Assembly: GCA_965202585.1 (NCBI GenBank) | Contig: OZ241833.1 | Span: forward strand, 26,412,001 to 26,476,000 | Direction: 5' to 3' | DNA length: 64,000 nt | Origin: Thalia democratica | Taxonomy: Eukaryota | Notes under the pieces: model-generated | Database searches by the model: none | What the model was told of the DNA's origin: nothing | What the model saw: the letters and a program-made list of their open reading frames with translations, nothing else | Position numbers and translations under genes: made by a program | Shown: one piece after another, positions 24,711 to 37,500 of the stretch | Numbering within the stretch: the first letter of the stretch is position 1 | How the letters are laid out: each line of letters begins with the position of its first letter

Positions 24711-27700
24711 CTGACACCTACCCTAAAACTCTTTATTGAAAACTGTAACTCATTATTGAAAACAAAAACTCTTTGAAGTTTTCGAAGACAAGTTGCTGTA
24801 AAAGTAAATAAGTCTGTATCTAAAAAACAATAGTTTATTCTTGGACCTACACAAAAAATGCATTAATTTTTCAAAAGCGTGTCTTTTTTGTCGTACATTC
24901 AGTCTTATTTGTTATAACTAATACAGTTGTCGTTAATAAAACATCTAACAGCTGTTTAAAATATTAATGCCTTGAGTTATCTATTTGTTACGTGCTTATT
25001 TATGTATTTTTATTTTGCAAGTATATTTAAGTCAGTTTTTTCTTATGTACAGTTTACTAAAAGTTTTTTTTTTAGTATTTTTCACTTATAGTTGTAAGTG
25101 TAAGCAAAATACTGTTTTTCAACCATTACGTGTTTTGTTTTCAATAGTTTAAGAGGATTAATTTTAACCCAACGCTATCAAAACAAACCCAAACCACAAA
25201 ATTTTCTTCTACCTTCTTTTTCTCTTAGAATAATCTCTACTAATTCTGTAGAGGTACAGGAGTATTAATATGAACAAGGCTAAAACAATCATTTAATTCA
25301 AAAAAAAGTATTTGAACATAAAGTAACAAACACTGTTAATAATCAAAAAAAGAATACTGAATGATTTTTTTCAACCCCTATAGCTACTATTAAATGCATA
25401 TGGTTTTAAATGATTAAAAATTTCTTTCAAGTAGTTTTTTACCCTAACATATACTGCAGCATAATAGTTTTTTTATTAATTTTTTATGTACATGACCTTT
25501 TTATTTATGCACAATCAATATCTCAAATAAATTGAAGGTTAAAAAATAACACAGTGTTATATCGTAAACAGATAATTTCTTATTATAAAAAAATTTACAA
25601 TATAAAAAGTTTTGTGTAAAATGCAATTGTGAAGTTTTCTAAATAGTAGTTCTTTTATAAATAATAATACAATTCGTTTAGTTTTTTTTGCCAAGATACA
25701 AATAAAACTTTAAAGTAAAATATAAAGAACGTGTCCTGTCTGTTACACAAAAGAATGTTATTGTTTTATCGAAAATTTGATTTATAAAATATTGCATAAG
25801 CATAAATGAATTACCTTCAAATATGATGCTAACGACAAAAATTCAACTCAACTATATTTTTGTAAAATTTTGTGTTAATTAAGTTTTACTACCATTCAGC
25901 AAATAAATTACTGTAACTTAACTTTCCATTCAAGTAGTCTTATTAAAAAGGTACGTACTTTGAACACAGTCCGTGTTCAAGAGGAAGACTATTGTATATT
26001 CTATCTTGTTCGCAATCAAATAACGAATTAAAGATTGCCTTCAAAAACTTTCAACGTGGAATCACATATATACTAGCATTTCAATTTTTAAAAATATAAA
26101 TTGTTCAAGAAATGTGATAGCCTGCATCGTAATAAGGTTTTAAACATACGTAGCATGTTTTACTTTGTCATTAATACAAGTTGAATTATTTTGAAAGCAA
26201 TTACTCTTAATAAACTAGAACCTAGTAAAAAATTACTTTAAATGCATGTTACATTTAAACTAGTTTATTTTTATGGCGAATTATTTTAATTGTTTATTAT
26301 TGATTTAAAAGTAATCCGTAGTTGTAGCCATGTTTGTTAAAAGCGCTTATTAGCTATCAGAGTTTACATAGTGTTGGAGGTATACCACATCTTATACAGT
26401 TGATGAGACTTGATATTTTTTGTATTTGTAAAAACCCATTTGTTGTTTATCAAAGAAGATGTAAAACTATTACGTACGCTTCAGATAATTTTGCTAAAAT
26501 TTTAAGGTATCTACAATTTTTTAATAGCAAAGATAAAATTGTATTAGGTTCAATAAGATTGTTACTTTTGAGTGTTTTCAGGAATTAAATAGACCAACCA
26601 GCAAAATTATAAGCATTTTTAGTTTTGAGAAAAAAATATTGTATTAATCTAAACAAGGTCTAAAAAGCTTTTTTTTTACTCAAAACTTTCGTAACCTTGA
26701 AAAAAAGGAGATGCAGTCCGTAAAAGTATATTATTCGTAATATATAAACTTCGTTAACTTTTATTTATTGGATTTTTGTTGAAAAAGAAACGTTTAATGA
26801 TATATGCTTTTTGTTCAGTTTCGTACTTTTAAACCTTTTTTAGTTTACCTACTGGAAATCTGTTTATATTTATATACTTAACATACGTAACTAAAATCTA
26901 AATAATCAAATATATAAAAAAAAAACCAAGTTGTGAAAAAGTTAAATAATGAAGTAAAATTACAATCTAGAAATAATTATATACTTTTTTTATAATAAAC
27001 AAGTTAGTGTGGTAGCTGTACTTTTGAAGTTACTAAATCACTAAATATTGGAAAATTTAATTTAATATATTCGAATACGATAATTGAAAGTAATACGTAA
27101 TTTACAATTTGCCTCTAATTAAATGACAACAAGTAAAACAAAAGTCAAACAATTTTTAAAAGTATAAAATTGACTAAATCTAAACAACAAAAATTGTTGG
27201 TTTTAACGGGGAAATATTTTGAAAGATAGTAATTTTTTAATAGAGCAATTCATTAAAAACAATCTTTTCATTAGTAAACCTATTTCAAAAAATTGTACCG
27301 ATTCATACGAGTTCAGATTTAACAACTTAGATCAAATTTAACTTGATAAAATGACTAAACAATAGATTGAACAAAATTAAGAACTTTAATCTAAATAACT
27401 TTGATCGTAATTCTAAAGATTTAAAATAATCAACATGTTTGAAAACTGGTCCACTGATGTTTGAAAAGTGATAGTAATTATTAAATAGATAAATATTAAA
27501 AAAAGTTTAAAAAATCTATTAAAATAGTTGCTATGCCTTTGAAAGTAAACATGCAAATACAAATGATAAAAGGCATAAATAGATTAAAAGTTAAAAAAAC
27601 TTAAATGTGACGCAAAAAAAAACTGAACACAAAAAGATTCGAGTTGTGTCGAACGGAAGGCACGATGAAAATGTTTTCTATGACGTCATAATAATATGTA

Positions 27701-28346
27701 ATAAGGGGCTGGTGTGACAAAGAAGCATTTCAAGGTGTAAGCGTTTTCTGGTAGCAAAATTTCAAACCTTCGCATGTAAACACACGAGCATGTAGAAACG
27801 GGATGGGCAAAAATTGGCTAATTATTCTACTTTCAATGATTCTTTTCGAGTTTTCTCTTTTCAGCGATTTTTTTTGTGTTGCGACCGTGCAACGCTATCA
27901 ACTTTTTTTTTGTTAGAAAATACGGTTACGTTGTGGCGTACCTTGGGCACTTTGATTGGCTGCTTGCTGGCAATCTTATCGCTATTTTCTTGCTAGCAAC
28001 AAAGTTAAAGCGCGGAGGCAACACTCTACCCTCTGGGGGGCGCGCGCACCGGTAAATGATAAAAATCGAAAGGCACAATGAAAAAGCTGCGCCCGAATTT
28101 GAAAAAAAAAACTACGTGTGTGGGGCGCGCCGACGCGAAAAGCCTGATAAATAAAATTCGTTTAATTTAAACCACCTTAGATACATACATAAACATTTAG
28201 AAACTGAAATTGAGGCAACAGTCGAACGCAAAGGTCACCGACGAAAAAATCAACGCGAAACAACGCTGCGACGAATCAGAAAAAAGAGGCCCCGAAAAAA
28301 GAAGGCTGAAAAGTTCCTGCGAAGAGTTGTTGTTCGGGAGGAACGT

Positions 28347-28537
28347 TCAGTTGTTGTTCGAAGGGAACGAGTCCATGGACATCTGGTTGTTGCCGTGGTG
28401 ACCGTGGTGGTGGTCCTGTTGCTGGGGAAAGTTCCCGATGAAGTTGCTGGAGTGGTCCATCATCATGTGGGGGGTGTGCTGCTGCTTGTTGGCGGACGGG
28501 AAGTGGTAGAACTTGCACTGGGGCCGGACGCACACAC
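28347..28537 (-). CDS. mbnl: mbnl terminal exon (second half of ZF6, His/Asn-rich tail, TGA)
   Basis: Acceptor catgacaacag at 28538, phase 1; [12 protein letters not shown]...SFPSNNN*. Confidence 0.85.
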
Positions 28538-31500
28538 CTGTTGTCATGGCAACGTGGTTACAAAGTAACAGTGGGCTAATTTTTTCATTTACTTAGGAAT
28601 CGTAGTCAATATTATTAGCAGTGCTTAGAGCTGGGAGTGGCATTTGTACTTTAAGTTAAAGTTGAGTTGTACAAATTTAGACGTTTTTGAGCTTTAAGTT
28701 CTGACAAATTTCAGATTAAAAATTGCATAATTAAAATGTGTGGAAAAATAAAATAAAATTAATGTCTATAGTTGAATTTTAAGTTTTAAACATCGTTACC
28801 TAAATATAATTTTACAACTGAACTAAATCTTAATATTAAGATTTTAGTGTCATTTACAGTGGACATTAACTAAAATAAGAAAGAAAAATCTTTTGTTTTT
28901 AGCTGCTGTTTATAAACCATTAATTTTTAGAATTTTTCAGTAAATAATTATTCTTTAGACTATTTTTGAAATATTTATCTAAAACTACTCTTAATTTTTA
29001 CTAAAGGATTCTACGAAGTAAGCACCATGTTGTTTTAAATTCAATTAGCTATGTCCATCGAAAAGAAAAATATTTCAAAACGATTTTTTACGTTTACCAA
29101 CTCAACATATTTTTTCTACAATATTAACTGCATAATCTTATTTTCCCATGAAATTTGTCAGACTCAAAACACAAAGAAGTATAAACCCGCATACTAATTG
29201 GTTTAACTGAACGCATATTCGAAATAAAAACTCAGCTCATGCTACTACTTCAAATATTGACTCATATTTCCAAGTAAAATATAGTTTACAATTTAATTTG
29301 GAAGACACTATTTAATTAATTTATTAGATCTAATGTTTGTGGGTATTTTTCAACATCCTTAAAACTTAACTTGATATTTTATAAATAAAGCTTCTATAGC
29401 ATATAACACAGTTGAGTTTCAGTGTTTGATTAACTTTAAAAAATATACGTCAGTAGTTTGTTAAAAACACCCTTTTTAAAGAATCTTTTCAGTGTGAAAA
29501 CACTTTAAAGCAAAATTATAACAAGTAGACTTAAATTTAAAAAATATATACTTTAAATTATTTTTGAACAAACCTTGTAGAGCGTCTCGGCAAACAGTGA
29601 CCTTGTCGTCTTTTACTTCAACATAATCTGTTTGTTGTTTATTTGTAATCAGAAGATTATTGCTAGAACTTGATTAAAAAATTAAATGCTTTAAATTAGA
29701 AGTTCACAAAATGTTTTACTAAAATAATTGCAAAAACTGTACAAAAAGTTGATTGGTTCAATTACCAAGTTTATTGCTTTCTAAGGTCATACAAAAGTAA
29801 AACCAGTAATTAAGTGTTACAACGAAAATGAGTTGTTTTAAAAAGTCTGATTCAAGCCCTTTTCAAGGTTAATTTGAATCAACTTTAGCCCGGCAAATCA
29901 TAGCAACAAGTATTAATTCAAAATGTGAAATGAAAATATTTGAGTTCGCTTTTTTAATGAATTGCAGCGATCAATCACAAACAAATTTAAAAATACTGAT
30001 TATTTTGGTTCGTTTACATTCATAATAACCATGAAAAAGAAATTATTGGAAATTATATGAAAATTAAGAAATACCAAAACTAATAAAAAGTTATAACTAA
30101 TACAACTTGACTATTCAGTAGAAGTAAAATGGTAGGCTGTTGTAATAGTGTTTTATAGGCATAAACAAACTAATAAAAGTTATTTCTTAAGCCAATTTTT
30201 TATTTTCTTGAAGTGCTGACTACACAAGATATATCAAACCAAATAAATAGAATATATTTTGAGGACTGGACAATAATTTTGCATACAGAAATACTATTTT
30301 TTTGTTAAAATTTAAGTAACTTTTGGCATTGATAGCAGTAAAAATAATTTAATCTTTCTCAATTTAATTTGGAGATTAAAAACTCAAATTACAGCTTTCT
30401 CATTGTAAACAAAACATGCAGATTTAGCCAAAACAGAAATAAACTAAAGTCTGAAAGTAGCCATAAAAAAGTTAAATCACAATAATTCGAATTAATTTAA
30501 ACACATTGAAGCAAAATTGAACAAAACTATTAACATAAACTACAAGTTTTAAGAAAAATTATTTCTACTAAAACTTTTAAACAGAAAGTAATTTGTTGAT
30601 TTGCAGCACCTGTTTATTATAATACTGACAATTAATGTGTGGACTACGCGGCCTAGGGTGTTTTAGTAATTACAGTATAAAATAACGCAACTTCCATAAA
30701 CTAAATTAGAAGTAAACAAAAAGGATTGGACAAAAATTTTTTTTGAATTACACAAATTAGCAAAATACATGTTTTTATAAAACACAACAAATATTTTACT
30801 GTATTAACAGCTTATGAGGTGTAAATGAAAAACTTGTTGTGTGTAATAGACACTAGTCTGATATTGCTATAAATAAAGTTAGACATTTTAATAATTTTAT
30901 ACTAAATAAAATTTACTGTAATAATGACTGCAGCAGGAAATTAATTGAACATAAAAAAAACAAATTTATAAACATTAGTAAAATACGTAAATTGAACAAA
31001 TTTGATAAATTAAACGCGTCAGCTTAATTAACTTCAAATGCAATTGCATAAAAAAACAACAGAAATTATCGGAATACCAGAATTAAAATATAAAACAGCA
31101 CAAAACAAAAAGTAAATTAAACTCATTCCAATTTTTAACCGAACAAACCAAAGAGGGCAACGGAAAATTGACAGAGAAACCAAAAATTAAAAAAAAAATC
31201 AATTATAAAAATTAAACTCGTTCCATTCCACAGCAGCAATTACCATCGAAACCAAACTAAGACAACGAAAATTGACAGAGAACCCAAAATTTAAAAAAAA
31301 TTCCGCCAACAATTGCCAAATCTGAACCGCGAACCTTTGTTGACGTGCACGAAGCGGCAGAACGGCCGCACGCACTTCCCGCTCTGGAAGTCCCGGCACA
31401 CGGTGAGTGAGGTGGGCGCGTGCCGGCCGTGGCTCGCCATGCCGAAGCTCGCCGCCACCTTCGTCGCCAGGTACTCGTCGCTGGTCAGCTGCAGCAAGTT

Positions 31501-34500
31501 GTTTGTGACGTCACAGTTGTTGTGAAAAAAAAAATTAAGAGGGAGCACGCACCCGACTTAAAAAAAACAAACGTTTTTCAAGGTCTTTGAAAGAATTTAA
31601 TGCTGACTTTTCAGTGAATGGAACAAACACCATTCATTTGATATTTAGGACTTTTTTTTAGTTTTCAATAAAAAAAGCTTTAGGAATGAAATTTGGTAAA
31701 AAATTGAAATCTTTTTTAAACTTTTTGACTAAGTATCTTAAATATATTTAGCTTGAACATTTTGCACAACTCAAATTAAGTACAGTAACCTCTCGCTTAT
31801 TTACGCACAGTGTGTCCACAGAATAAGTGCGTAAAGATATGAGAGATCGTAAAGATACGAGAGGTACCAAATATACTTAATATAATGACTGTTTTTTCAT
31901 ATTGCTTCTAGTTAAAAGCAGACTGGGGATTTTCCAACTTTTAACATTTTGTTTACTTAATTTATTAATATGTATGAAAAAAAAAAGAAAAAACTATACA
32001 CACAGTAATAAAAAGAATTTAAATTTATATAAAATAGTAGTACTTGTAGAAAAAATTTACTAATTTTAATAATAAGATTTTACCTTTATTAGTATGTGAT
32101 TTATTTAGAACTTAACATTTATATTCTATTCTACTTAGCAAATTCAATTTAAATTAAGCATTTGTTTACAATTAATAAACGGTTTGGTGTCTATATTAAA
32201 ATTTGTTTATATAGCCTTTTACAAAAATATGCATTTGTGGCTGTAATGGATTTCTTCTTTTGAACAAAAATATTTAAAATATAACAAACATGTTAATACT
32301 GAGGTATAACTTAATGTTTATCAATTAGTCAAGAAACATAAGTTTACAAATTTTGAAGATATAGAGAGGTGATTTATTATTTAAAAACATGTTTTAAATT
32401 AAAAATATACAATAAACCTAATTTTTGTAATATTAAAAAAAAAAAAAAATTTTACTTTTTGAATTTTGTAGAATTCTAAAATGCGTAACTAAACGAGAGT
32501 GCGTAACGTCACGAGTGCGTAAAGATGTGAGAGGTTACTGTACTATGCCATATCAATTTTATACCTTATTTAACTTCTTATTAATTTGTGGAAATATTTA
32601 TAATCAAAGTGAAATATAGAGTTATCAGATAAAGTATAAAATAAATCAAATAAAAGCTGAAATTTAACTTTTTTAGTAAAGATATTTCATGTAAATTAAA
32701 TTGGGCAACTAAAATTGATATAAACAAGCCTTTTTATATTGATCTTAAAATATTCGATCTAATATAGCACAATTTAACATATTAACTCTAGAATAACAAG
32801 TAAAACCAAGTTTTTATTAATTACTTTTACATAAAAGACATATTTGGTTGAACTAAATCAATATTCTTAGTCAAATTAATTATTAATAAAAAAAAAAGTG
32901 AGTAGATATAAAATAAGAGCAAGGATATGTGAACAAATATTAAGTTCAGATAGATATAAGATCTTTGTAATATTAAATTAAGTAGTTTGCTTTATACATG
33001 TTGAATAAATTTAATAACTTGTTAGAAAAAACAATAGCTATGTTATGTTCTGTTTGACTGAAGAATTTCTACATGGTTTATTCTTATAATTCTAAATACA
33101 TGATACAAACTTTTCATCTTAAAAAGATGTTTCTGTGTTTCTTTTTGTCAGCAATTACATACATATACTAGGGTTGCCACTCATTTTTTCAAATTTTTTT
33201 CCAGGTTTTCCAAATTTCTTCCAGGTTTTTAAAAGTACACATTTTTGGGTCTAATTTTAGTTTTAAGTTAATTTCTATTAAAGAAACTGTGTTAAATAGA
33301 ATAAAAGCATTGAAAAGATACTGTAAAGTTACTTTAGCGGTGTTTTGATGATGACAAAAAATCTTAAATATATGATAGATTTTTAGTCTCAAATCAAATT
33401 TTACAGCTGTAAATGTTAAAGTTATTAAAAATTCAAGGTTTTTCCATGTTTTTTGATCAAATTTCCAGGTTTTTCCAGTTTTTTTTTCAAAATTTCTCAA
33501 ATTCCAGGTTTTCCCAGGTAAAGTGGCAACCCTGATATACAGAAAGAACTTTAACAAAAAAACAACAAGATCAAAATTTCCTTGTAAAATGAAGTTATCA
33601 AAATACTATAATCATGTATATTATCTGCAGTTATTAAAAATAGAAGTTAATATAAATATAATCAAACCTATTTAAATAAACCAGAAGATCAAGACTTTCT
33701 AGCAATAGTTTGTAAACAACAAGTCAATTAATCATACAACTCGGCTACAAAATACATTACAAGACCGACAGTCTAAAGAAAGTATTTTTTTAATTTCAAC
33801 AGTGCCACAAGTATATACACAAGCAAAGCATGAAGCGGGCAAGCATTACAAGTGTTAGTGGTGCAAAAAATGTTAAAATATTATCAAACAGTTGCTACAA
33901 TCCGTCGAACATATATCGATAGAGGGGATATTTTGAAGCAGCCTGTAGCAAAACTCTTAGATTATAAAGTAGATTTTTTGTTTACTTTTAAACTTTTGTA
34001 AACGTTAAGAATAAAAACTGCAAATTAGCAGGTCAAAGTAAACTTAAAAATTATCCGACAAAAAACATTTATATTTTTCCTTGTTTTTTTGTCAAATCTT
34101 ACCTGGTGGCTTCTGCCTTGCTGCGGCTGCTGCGATTGGTCGAACAATGTGGCGGCAATCGCTGATTGGTTCGCTGCCGTCTGCCCGTTCGCCACCTGAC
34201 TTGCGACCACCTGATGGGGTTGCTGAGCCGATTGTGACGTCATTGGGTACTGGAGCTGCATGATGGTCGGCAGCGCTGTGTGACGACACATGGCGTCAGT
34301 GTGACGTAATAATACAACTACTAGATTTTGTGATGAAAGCAAAAATAACATGACGTGCATTTAATTTGGTTTATATCTTTTCTTAATTATTCGCTCTAAA
34401 CACAAACTTTCAAAACTGGCATTACTTTTTGCTTTGAATAAAAAAGTAAAAATTTGTTTCAGGCAAAATTAATGAGAAGCTTTTTCGTAGTTTGGCACAA

Positions 34501-37500
34501 AAACAGAAGCAAAATGAAGCATGATGTGAATTTTGAACGTAAAAAACTTAGCTTTTTTATTTTCATTTAATGCAAAAAAACAAAATTTGACTTGAAATTT
34601 TAGCAGAAAAGCTTTAAAAGGGTACTCGCACCCTTCAAAAGAGATTAGTAAGTTGCAGACAAAAATCACATCCGAAGGGAAAATAAACAATAAACTAAAA
34701 AGAACTAATCGGAGCTGCAAATTACCTGAAGTCTGCGGCTGGTAGAAAGCGGGCTGCTGGGAGAGCGCGTTGAAGGTGCTTCCCCCTCCGTACAGGGTGG
34801 ACAAACTGGTCGCCTGCTGGTTCGCGCCCAGCTGTCCGGACTGACCAGGGCTGATGAGGTTCATGCTGGACGTGTCCATCACCTGCCGTTTCAACGGGGG
34901 CTGCCCGTACCCGTTGCTAAGCTGCGAGGGGTTGAAAATTTGTTTACTGATAGAGTTTTTACATGTTTTAAAATTTAAATGAATTTTTGGTAAGTTATTT
35001 AAGAGATATTTTGCTGTATTAAATTTTTTCTATTACTTTAGTTCTGTTTAAAGCATATTTTTAAAACTTTGAATACAACAAGCAACTTTTCAATCATTGT
35101 TTTAAATCTTTTGTACAGTCAATAAACTTATTTATGTAGAGAACTTTTTGGAATGTAAAGAGTAAACATGTTTGCTTTAAGATACTTTTTCAACTATACT
35201 CGATTCAAATACACAAGTTTAGTAATAAAGTTTGTAACATATAAATAAACATATTTTATCGTATTTTTGCATTAAAAGCTAAATTTAAAAAGTTTATTTC
35301 AAACACAGTCTACTTTTCTTATTTTGTTGCATCAAACTAAAAATATCTTAATGCTTCTTTTTTATAACAATTTAAAAACCCCGAAATGCAAATTAAAATA
35401 AAAATATTTTACTAAAATTCAGTTGTACTTTATAAATTAAAAAGTCCTTGTTCAACGTAATTATTGATGTTTAAAGAATGATAAAACAGTCTTTCTTTTT
35501 AATTTAAAAAGTTTATTTTATATAGTATTTTTGGTTATTATTTTAAAGTAAGACATTAACACTATCAAAACTTAAGAAGTTATATCTATTAAAACTATTA
35601 TTCTAAATGACTTATTTTAAAACTTCAGACCATTAAAGTAACTTTAATTTCTAATCTAGTTTTCCCTACACCATTTTTTATCCATTATATAACTAATTAA
35701 AGTATAAATATGTATACATTTACAATATATATAGTTAAGACAAATCTACAAACTATTACTTGAAATATATTTAACTTAGTTTATAAGATTTCGTATTAAA
35801 GATTAAAAACATTCTCTTCAAAACATGTCTTTGTATTTATTTGTGTAGTTTTAGCTACACCTTATAACTGGTACACAGTTTAGTTAGAAAGTTATTTTAT
35901 TTAAAAATCCACTCATTAAAAAAAAATGGTATTTGAAATGTTTACTTGGTTTTTTCGTTACAACAGAAAATACTTAATCTCATGCTTAGCTAAAATTAAT
36001 TTAGTTTTTCAAAAATAATCAGTTTAAAAATTTTAAGAAGTTTCTTATCTAAAGTAGTAAAATTAAGCTTGAAGAAGACTTTTAAAGAACATATTATTTG
36101 CACTAGCCTACTTTAAACACTTTAACATTTGTAAAACAAAACAACTAAGAATATTTGAAGCAGCGGCAATTTTCTCCAGGCGCATTTTGATTTCTATCTC
36201 AAACCCAAAGCACACCAAAATTAATTAAAAATTTCGAGCAAACTCTAACAAAGATTTATAAACTGAACGTAGAAACAAAATTGCTACTGCGATCTATAAG
36301 CAATTAAAGCTGGCTTGTATAAAAAGTACATTTATATTTATGTATTTACACATGATAACTACTACAGCAAATTAATTCAAGCAATAATTTTTATTACCAC
36401 GTTGTCCATAGCAACCATTGTCCTCTTTTGAGCGGCCTGTTGTCATGGTGAAGCGCCAAACAGCCAATCAGCATCAAGACAGCAGCATTGCAACAGCCAA
36501 TGAGAGCACAGCAGAAAAGGTGGAACCAAAAAATAATAAATTAAAAGAGATCAGTGGAAGTTGAAAAAACGGAACATTAAAACTGTCAATTGTTTTCAGG
36601 GGCTGAACAAATTGGACACTGGTAGGTCCTTATTTGTCTTTACAAGACAAACAGAAGAGTTATTTGATACGTAAAATTGTTCTACGTACAACTTTATATA
36701 GATTATGGGGTATATTTAGAATGTTTTGAGGAGTAAAAAGTTGAATAGAAACTTTATTAAGTTTTAAAACCTTTTTAAATTTTAAAGTGTTTAGCCCCTA
36801 AAAAGTTGACTAAAGCAGCTTTTTTTATGAAAATATTTATTAATTAATTAAAGTAACTATCAATAAATTATCTGAATATAAATATATTGAAACAGTCTAA
36901 ACTGTGTAAGTCGTAAAATTTATTTGATTTTAATATTAAATCGCTTTAAAGATTTCTCATTAAAACAGTTACATGTAAATAATCCTAGTATATCCACAGT
37001 AAAGTTTTTTAATTAACAAAGTACTAGTTCCAAAATTAAGCATTTTTATAATTGGCATTTGGGTGTATGTGAAAAAAGGAATTTTATTAATTGTTATATT
37101 TTTCTTTTCCAAAAACGTTTTGTGTCGTCTTAATTCATGATTGAAAGAACAACTAAATTAAGTAGACAATATGAGAACAAATTAGACGGTGAAAGAAATT
37201 TTTTATAGCTTTGGTAAAGGAAATCTTAAAATGGAAGTCTCTTTTAGGTTTCATGGATAATTTTTTACTAAAAACAAAGGGTAAAAATGGGAAAGAGTAC
37301 ATGCTTTTCTTCATGCTTAAGTTTGGATGATAAGCTATTACAAAAGTACTCTTACAACTGAAATTTTAATTAAATCAAAATAAATTAAAACGTTGCAAAT
37401 TAAAGTGAAGCCGCTTCTAATAGTCTACTAAACATTTTGGGTAAGATTGTGAAAGCGTTTTATGAAAAATGACATTCTTGTTAATAAACATGCATTCCTA

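Larger units (their letters stand above)
20204..24723. mobile_element. Mutator-like (MULE) DNA transposon with Foldback/Phantom-type tandem-repeat TIRs, 4520 bp, internally deleted
   Basis: Perfect 9-bp TSD taaaactct at 20195-20203 and 24724-24732; termini gggaacgggtcagaaaagcac / gtgcttttctgacacctaccc; inverted minisatellite arms; MULE transposase remnants inside. Confidence 0.92.

Noticed and set aside
28276-28533. 85-aa alternative-frame ORF over the mbnl terminal exon
   Set aside because: No acceptor or phase supports it; the other frame completes ZF6.
33189-33557. 122-aa ORF with TWK repeats
   Set aside because: Lies entirely within a MITE and reflects its ttccaggtttt repeats.
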